Below are positions 58,321 to 64,000 of a DNA stretch of 64,000 nt, one piece after another. The number at the start of each line of letters is the position of its first letter. Position 1 is the first letter of the stretch. A program made the position numbers and the translations under genes. The notes below the pieces were generated by a model. It saw only the letters and a list, made by a program, of their open reading frames with translations, ran no database searches and was not told the origin of the DNA. Source of the stretch: Pseudomonadota bacterium (GTDB lineage Bacteria; Pseudomonadota; Alphaproteobacteria; Rhodobacterales; Rhodobacteraceae); contig JBCBMY010000021.1 of assembly GCA_039822045.1 (NCBI GenBank), forward strand, positions 35,298 through 99,297, given 5' to 3'.

Positions 58321-59244
58321 TCAGCCCTTCCGTGCGCCGTCCTCTTCGTCCGGCACGGTACGAACGGTCTCGAATGCGCGCCGTGCAAGATCACCGAAGA
58401 GCTTGGTCTTCTGACCCGCGCGCGCCTCGGGCGAGAAAACGAACCAGATCGGGGCGGACGGTTCCCACAAGATGCCAGCGGACACCTCCACCAGTCGCCC
58501 CTCTTCCAGTTCGGACATGACGGCCAGTCGCGACTTGATTGCGAGCCCCAGACCCTGAACCGCGCCCTCCGTCAGCATATCCGAACTCGAGACCAGAATG
58601 GTGCTGCGCGGCGTCACGTCCCGACGGCGCCCTTTGGCGTCCCGGACAGCCAAGCGCCGCTGCCAGGGAAGGCTGACCCAGGGCGCATGGATCAGATCGT
58701 CTGTCTGCGTAAATGGACCGTGAGTGTCCAGAAACGCCGGCGCACAGCACACGATTCGCTCGTTTTCGCTGAGCTTGCGGGCCACCAGAGCACTGTCCTC
58801 CAATTGCCCGACCCGGATGGCGCAATCCTGCCCCTCGGCCACGAGAGGCACATAGCGATCCACAGCGAGAAACTCGAATGTCAGTCGCGGATGCGCGCGA
58901 CGCAATTCAGGCAGGGCCGGCAAAATGAAGCGTGAGAGAATCCAGGGCGACATCGTGATACGCAGGTTTCCCGAAAGCTCGGCCGTCCCACTGCCGGCGT
59001 CACGCTCCGCCTGTGACAGGTCGGCCAGAATGGTCTGCACGCGCTCGAAATAGATCTGACCCTCCGGCGTGAGCTGAAGCGCCCGACTGTTGCGATGAAA
59101 GAGGGTCAGCTGCAACGCCGCTTCCAGCTTGGACAGCCGGTGGCTGGCGGTTGCCGGCGAGATCCCGATGCGTCGGGCACCTGCCGTCACGCCGCCCGTC
59201 TCGGCGATCACCACGAAGGTTCTCAGATCGTCGACGCCGTACAT
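58321..59244 (-). CDS. LysR-family transcriptional regulator
   Basis: DLRTFVVIAETGGVTAGARRIGISPATASHRLSKLE is a LysR HTH. It is divergent (91 bp) from the yellow-family gene. Confidence 0.85.
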   Translation of the reverse strand: MYGVDDLRTFVVIAETGGVTAGARRIGISPATASHRLSKLEAALQLTLFHRNSRALQLTPEGQIYFERVQTILADLSQAERDAGSGTAELSGNLRITMSPWILSRFILPALPELRRAHPRLTFEFLAVDRYVPLVAEGQDCAIRVGQLEDSALVARKLSENERIVCCAPAFLDTHGPFTQTDDLIHAPWVSLPWQRRLAVRDAKGRRRDVTPRSTILVSSSDMLTEGAVQGLGLAIKSRLAVMSELEEGRLVEVSAGILWEPSAPIWFVFSPEARAGQKTKLFGDLARRAFETVRTVPDEEDGARKG

Positions 59245-59335
59245 TCGATTTCTTCAAACGCTGGTTTCGAATTTCACCCTCTATTCCGGAGTAATTCATC
59301 CCTCTAGCAAGCCGTCAACGCGAGAGGAGGACGAA

Positions 59336-60415
59336 ATGAAGCGACATCTGGCTATCTTCACGGCTGCGCTGACCCTGGCGTGCGGCGCGAACGCCGAAGG
59401 CCTAGAGACTTACTTGGAGTTCCCCAAGGACACGCCGCCTGGGAACCTCGCCATCGCTCCAGATGGCCGCATGTTCATGTCGGTGCACGAGTTCTATGGG
59501 CCGGAACTGCGCGTCGTCGAAGTGATGCCCGATGGCAGCACACGCCCTTATCCGACCGAGGCGTGGGCCCGCAGCCCCTCGGAAGATGGCGATGGGTTGA
59601 ACGGCGTCCTCGGCCTCCGCGCTGACCGAGAGGGCATTTTGTGGATGCTCGACGGTCAAGGAGAAAACCAGACGGGCCGTGTGGTTGGGTGGAACACCCG
59701 AACCGAGGAGCTTCACGCGATCTACTATATTGGCGCCCCGGTCGCGCGTCCGTTCTCGTTCCTCAATGATCTGGCGGTCGATCGGGAGCACGGGGCAATC
59801 TACATCTCCGACACCGCGAACCACGTGGACTCTGCGATCATCGTGATCGACCTTGAGACCGGGCGCGCACGTCGCGTCCTCGAAGGCAGCCAATTCACCG
59901 CAGCCGAAGACACGCCGATGGTAATCGATGGGCGCGAGATCCTATTGGGCGGCAATCCCGCGAAAATCGGGATCAACCCGATCACGGTCGATCCGACCAA
60001 CACGTGGGTTTACTTCGCGCCGATGACGGGCAGTGCCATGTACCGGGTGCGCACGACGGACCTGCTGGATGAGAGCCTCGACAACAGCGCGCTGGAAGCG
60101 CGGGTCGAACGCTACGGTGACAAGCCGATCTCCGACGGCTCAACGGTGGACGCGGCAGGAAACGTTTATATCACCGCCATGACCGACAACGCCATCGGCG
60201 TGACCAGGCCCGACGGGACCTACGAGGTTCTGTTCCAGTCCGGCGACGACTTGCCGTGGCCCGACGGTTTCTCCATAGGCGTTGACGGCTATGTCTATGC
60301 CACAATCAACGAGCTGCATCGGTCGCCTGTGCTGAACGGGGGCGAAGACGCGTCACTCGGGACCTATCGGATCGTTCGTTTTCCGGCGTTTGGACCCGCG
60401 ATTTCCGGACGATAG
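59336..60415 (+). CDS. secreted major royal jelly/yellow-family (six-bladed beta-propeller) protein
   Basis: The signal peptide is MKRHLAIFTAALTLACGANA. MRJP/yellow-like blocks are present (GILWMLD, YISD, VDAAGNVY). The RBS is GAGAGGAGGA. Confidence 0.65.
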   Translation: MKRHLAIFTAALTLACGANAEGLETYLEFPKDTPPGNLAIAPDGRMFMSVHEFYGPELRVVEVMPDGSTRPYPTEAWARSPSEDGDGLNGVLGLRADREGILWMLDGQGENQTGRVVGWNTRTEELHAIYYIGAPVARPFSFLNDLAVDREHGAIYISDTANHVDSAIIVIDLETGRARRVLEGSQFTAAEDTPMVIDGREILLGGNPAKIGINPITVDPTNTWVYFAPMTGSAMYRVRTTDLLDESLDNSALEARVERYGDKPISDGSTVDAAGNVYITAMTDNAIGVTRPDGTYEVLFQSGDDLPWPDGFSIGVDGYVYATINELHRSPVLNGGEDASLGTYRIVRFPAFGPAISGR

Positions 60416-60507
60416 GTCAATGCCCTTGGATCGGGCCGATTCCGAGCGCGCCGGCCCGTTCGCACGATACCGACCAAGACAGACCCAAAGCCACCAAAGG
60501 ACATCAG

Positions 60508-61044
60508 ATGCTACTGCCCCGCCAGAAGACACCCGATCTCACGCTACCCACGCTCGACCATGGCGAATTCGACCTGTCCGCCGAGACGTCTGAGCGCGGC
60601 ACGGTGTTGTGCTTCTACCGGGGGCTGCATTGCCCGATCTGCGCGAGCTACCTCACGGAGTTCCAGAAGCGCGTCGCTGATTTCGCCGACCGCGGCGTCG
60701 GGACGATCGCGATCAGTTCCGACGGCGAAGGCCGGGCCCGCGACATGGCCAAGAAGATAGGCGCCGACACCTTGCGCTTTGCTTACGACCTGCCGCTGTC
60801 GATCGCGCGGGAATGGGGCCTCTACATCTCCACCTCGCGCGGCAAGACGTCTATCGGGATCGAGGAACCAGCGCTGTTTTCCGAGCCCGGCCTGTTCATG
60901 GTGACGCCGGAACAGAGCCTTTACTATGGCTCGGTCCAGACAATGCCATTCGTGCGCCCCCACTTCTCGGAACTCGTGGGCGCACTCGATTTCGCCATCG
61001 AAAAGAACTATCCCGCCCGCGGCGAATACACCGGGCCCGTTTAG
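60508..61044 (+). CDS. AhpC/TSA (redoxin) family protein
   Basis: The motif VLCFYRGLHCPICASYL is a thioredoxin-fold peroxiredoxin-like Cys motif. Confidence 0.7.
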   Translation: MLLPRQKTPDLTLPTLDHGEFDLSAETSERGTVLCFYRGLHCPICASYLTEFQKRVADFADRGVGTIAISSDGEGRARDMAKKIGADTLRFAYDLPLSIAREWGLYISTSRGKTSIGIEEPALFSEPGLFMVTPEQSLYYGSVQTMPFVRPHFSELVGALDFAIEKNYPARGEYTGPV

Positions 61045-61644
61045 AACAGCTTGCCAAGAGCGACCGTGACTTCTGCCTTCGCGATCCTCTGCGGCGCACG
61101 GCCCTGGGGCAGAGCCGCCGGTAGGGCGTTCCAGCTCCCCGCTGCGATGCCGGGGCTGGGCACGAGGGTGGAAGGCCCTCGCTGATCCGGAGTGATCTGC
61201 ATCCCTAGCCCGTTGACCTTTCTTCGGCGGGGAGCCTTTGGCCGCATTATGTCACTCGCTTTGTGGAAGACAAACTGAGAACAGCAGGGTGATGTGTTCT
61301 CGAGACGCGTGAACCGGCGCTTTGGACCGGCCCGATGCTCCGGGCGGAGGGGTCACACGTTCAGCATTTCGACGCCAAGGACAGCCCAGCGATCTCATTC
61401 GATCAGGTAGTCGGTCGATGAGGTCACTTTGGTGGAACCGATCGATGGATGTCGGCGGATGCTACAACGGCACACCGTCGTCAACCGACCAGGTAGGCAA
61501 ACGAACCCAAACGCGACCGGCCTTGCGCAATTGGTGCACGTGAAGTGTTGAAGGTTTGCATCGTGGGGAGAGCGATGTGCAAAACTCCTAGCTTGTGAGG
61601 CGCGTGTCTTCCATGGTGCGATGAGGCAGCAATAGGGTTCGACC

Positions 61645-62196
61645 ATGGCATTGACCAATTCCTCTAGGGGCTACGGCACTCCGACCAAGATTTTCCATTG
61701 GCTCATCGTGCTCCTATTCGCTTTGCAATATGTCGGTGGAAATATAATGACCAGCATCGACTTCAATTCAAGCTATGCGGGCATAAGCACGAACACCTAC
61801 TTCAACTGGCATAAATCTCTGGGGCTTGTAGCGCTCATTGTGGCGGTCCTCCGGCTCATAAACCGGCAATTAGGTGAATTGCCGCCCTGGGCATCAACGC
61901 TGTCAACCGGCGAGCGGAATTTTGTCCACCGGGTTGAGCAGGTCTTCTATTTGGCAATGTTCATAATGCCGATAACCGGCTGGCTCTATGTGATGTGGGG
62001 GAATTACGGAGTGAACCTGTTTGGCGTATGGGAAATGCCACGCCCGCTGCCACGAGACAACACGCTTCGCGATGTGGCGAAATGGGCCCATATTGCCGCC
62101 GGCTGGGTATTGCTGGCCGCCATTGTGGGGCACGTTAGCCTGGTCCTGTGGCATCAACTGATAAAAAAGGATCGATTACTAAAGCGCATGATGTGA
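61645..62196 (+). CDS. cytochrome b561 family protein
   Basis: FHWLIVLLF...H is the first His-ligand helix. Four TM helices. Lower GC, about 48%. Confidence 0.75.
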   Translation: MALTNSSRGYGTPTKIFHWLIVLLFALQYVGGNIMTSIDFNSSYAGISTNTYFNWHKSLGLVALIVAVLRLINRQLGELPPWASTLSTGERNFVHRVEQVFYLAMFIMPITGWLYVMWGNYGVNLFGVWEMPRPLPRDNTLRDVAKWAHIAAGWVLLAAIVGHVSLVLWHQLIKKDRLLKRMM

Positions 62197-62953
62197 GACG
62201 CATAGGCGCCCGTGTCGGCAACGCAAAAGGACCTCAATGCAATAGCGAAGTTCGAACGCGACGAACGGCCGGTCGAAGTCCCAAGAGCACTTCGTTGACG
62301 ATCTGCTTCCGTCGCACTGAAACCTGCTTCATCTGCCAGGCGCCGCTGGAATTCTCCGAAGCGGGCTTCCAGGCCGGGGGGCTTGGATCAAGCAACTTAA
62401 ATGTTTCGGCTGTCGCAAGAGTTGGCAGCATGCTGCCACCAGACATGAATCGACGGCGGGAGTTGGAGTAAGGGAACAACCGTCGGAGGGAGGTCGTGGC
62501 TGGCCTGTCCTGGGGCCCGAGGTGCAGCAGGACGTGCTGAAGGGGATCCTTTAGCTTGCCGGGCCCGTACGGCTCACTTGGGTTCGTGCAAATTCGCTCG
62601 GCCTCGCGTTGGTGTGCTCCTCTTTCGGTTGGTACTTAGTGTGTGGGATCAGAACGCGCGGTCTCCAAGTGTGGCCATCTGAGTAGCGGGTTCCCGTCTC
62701 ACCTGCCCTGTTTGGCGGCCAGGATTGGCCAACACCCTTCCTTACGAAGTCACGTCAGATGCCCCACAGATGCAGACGCCGGGCATCCTAAGGGTTCGGC
62801 AGAGCCCAACTTTTGTCCCTTGTATCTCTCGAAAACCAAGTGGCAACATATCGATCAGGAGCGCATGAGGGCTTTGTGGCGCAGGGACGCGGCGCATTGG
62901 CTGCGGCTTTTGGATGGGGGGCACGGGCAATCTCTGATCGCAATTTCGAGCAC

Positions 62954-63391
62954 ATGACGAAGGCTGAGGTTATCGCCGCGCAGCGGGCTTGGGCTAGGTT
63001 TGTCACCGAGCAAGATGTCGAAGGTCTCTTGGAGCTTTACGATTTTGGAACGCCGGACGAACCCCTCCTCTTCAAACCGACCTTGGCCGATGTGATCCGG
63101 CTCGATATGGCCGGTACGCGATCGTACTTCGTTGGAGGCGATCCGAACTATCCCAACGACCACGGCTTCCTCAATCGAGGATGGACGCGTGTGGAGTTTC
63201 AAAGTGCTGTAGGACCGATCCTAAAGGCGGGGGGTCTCGGCTATAAGGATATGGGTCACTACACTTTCATCGATAAAGAGGGCAACGCGACTCGAGCGGA
63301 CTATACCTTTGCCTATCACAAGATTGGTGGGCGGGTTCTGATCTCGCTGCACCACTCTTCCCTGACATGGCTGCCCCCTGTCGGGGCCTGA
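62954..63391 (+). CDS. hypothetical protein, possibly NTF2-like fold
   Basis: Normal composition. The start is the ATG at 62954, and the upstream part of the track ORF is Ala/Gly-rich. The family assignment is a weak guess. Confidence 0.3.
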   Translation: MTKAEVIAAQRAWARFVTEQDVEGLLELYDFGTPDEPLLFKPTLADVIRLDMAGTRSYFVGGDPNYPNDHGFLNRGWTRVEFQSAVGPILKAGGLGYKDMGHYTFIDKEGNATRADYTFAYHKIGGRVLISLHHSSLTWLPPVGA

Positions 63392-63854
63392 ACCACCCTT
63401 AGAACTGGCGCACGGGAAAGGGCAGTCCACGCGGAGTGGGGTCTGCTGATTTCGGAGAGACGTTGGCGGGTCACGTCCCGGCCTCTGGCAGAGGAAGAGC
63501 CCTCACCCCCGCCAAATCGTTGAGATCGTAGTCTCACAAGAAGCATACCCCGTTCCGAGCGATCCGATGGCCGGCAGGGACAGTCAATCTGGGCATAGAG
63601 GCGTGCGACGTGACCCGAAGGCGGATCTGTGCCGCGTTTGACGGGGTGCCATCTGATTGAGTTGGACCCACAAGGGGGCTCGTCGCGTCAGACGCAATGT
63701 GTCCACCGACGACCAACTCCGCTGCCGTAGCGCCCTGCGCGGCAACCCCGGAACGTACCGTGAGCCTGGGCGGAGCGACTTCACGTCCCATCGAGTGGTC
63801 AGAGCATAGGGGACGTGAGACCGGTCGCCCGGCTTTTGGCATGGGGCGCGCTGT

Positions 63855-64000
63855 TCAATTGTTGGGCAAGCATGCGGTGCATGTGCAGTGTTGGGCTTCT
63901 TGCACTTCCGCGATGGTCGTTGTGGCGAGGCGATCAATGAGGCTTTGTTCGATGCTTTCGATCACGCTTGAGACGCGCAGGTGCAGAGCGTGTTCGACCG
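63855..64000 (-). CDS. 3' end of a gene that starts beyond the window (hypothetical)
   Basis: The minus frame is open from 64000 to a TGA at 63855 and reads ...VEHALHLRVSSVIESIEQSLIDRLATTTIAEVQEAQHCTCTACLPNN. Confidence 0.2.
   Translation of the reverse strand, partial: VEHALHLRVSSVIESIEQSLIDRLATTTIAEVQEAQHCTCTACLPNN

Overview
This window is a high-GC (~65%) alphaproteobacterial chromosomal segment, with gene content that looks Rhodobacterales-like. It is densely coding; about 65 features are supported. Contents in order:
- A partial TAXI-family TRAP solute-binding protein gene.
- The modABC molybdate transporter operon.
- Two tandem flagellin paralogs with the flagellin translational regulator flbT between them.
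- ruvC-ruvA-ruvB.
- A small DUF1127 gene.
- A lower-GC orphan DUF2235 (Tle1-like) alpha/beta-hydrolase gene.
- A class-III aminotransferase and a DUF2478 protein.
- An N-methylglutamate-pathway cluster (mgsABC-gmaS) with an XRE/cupin regulator.
- A hydantoinase B/A pair with a cupin gene and a LysR regulator.
- A LamB(YcsF)-biotinyl carrier-biotin carboxylase-KipI-KipA operon ending in a signal-less PotD-like binding protein.
- A catabolic island controlled by a GntR regulator that has two tandem winged-helix domains. Its genes are an ABC importer with two ATPases and two embedded short-chain dehydrogenases (SDRs), an amidase, a second hydantoinase A/B pair, an isochorismatase-family hydrolase, a DMT exporter and an Old Yellow Enzyme reductase.
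- A polar amino-acid ABC transporter with a class-IV aminotransferase and a GntR regulator.
- Choline sulfatase (betC).
- A ~1.9 kb low-GC insert carrying a LysE exporter and a LuxR-type regulator, flanked by ~110-bp direct repeats derived from the 3' end of the adjacent SPFH/band-7 gene.
- Two tRNA genes: tRNA-Lys(CUU), and a tRNA-Lys(UUU)-like gene with an atypical anticodon loop. A tRNA-like 3' fragment lies next to them.
- A LysR regulator divergent from a yellow/MRJP-family secreted protein, a redoxin, a cytochrome b561, and a sparsely coding lower-GC right end.

No CRISPR array, rRNA gene or clear transposase was seen.

The ORF track uses GTG and TTG as well as ATG for its leading M. Start codons were re-picked by hand from ribosome-binding sites and the N-termini typical of each family. 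Many long ORFs in the track are antisense artefacts of the high GC content and were discarded.
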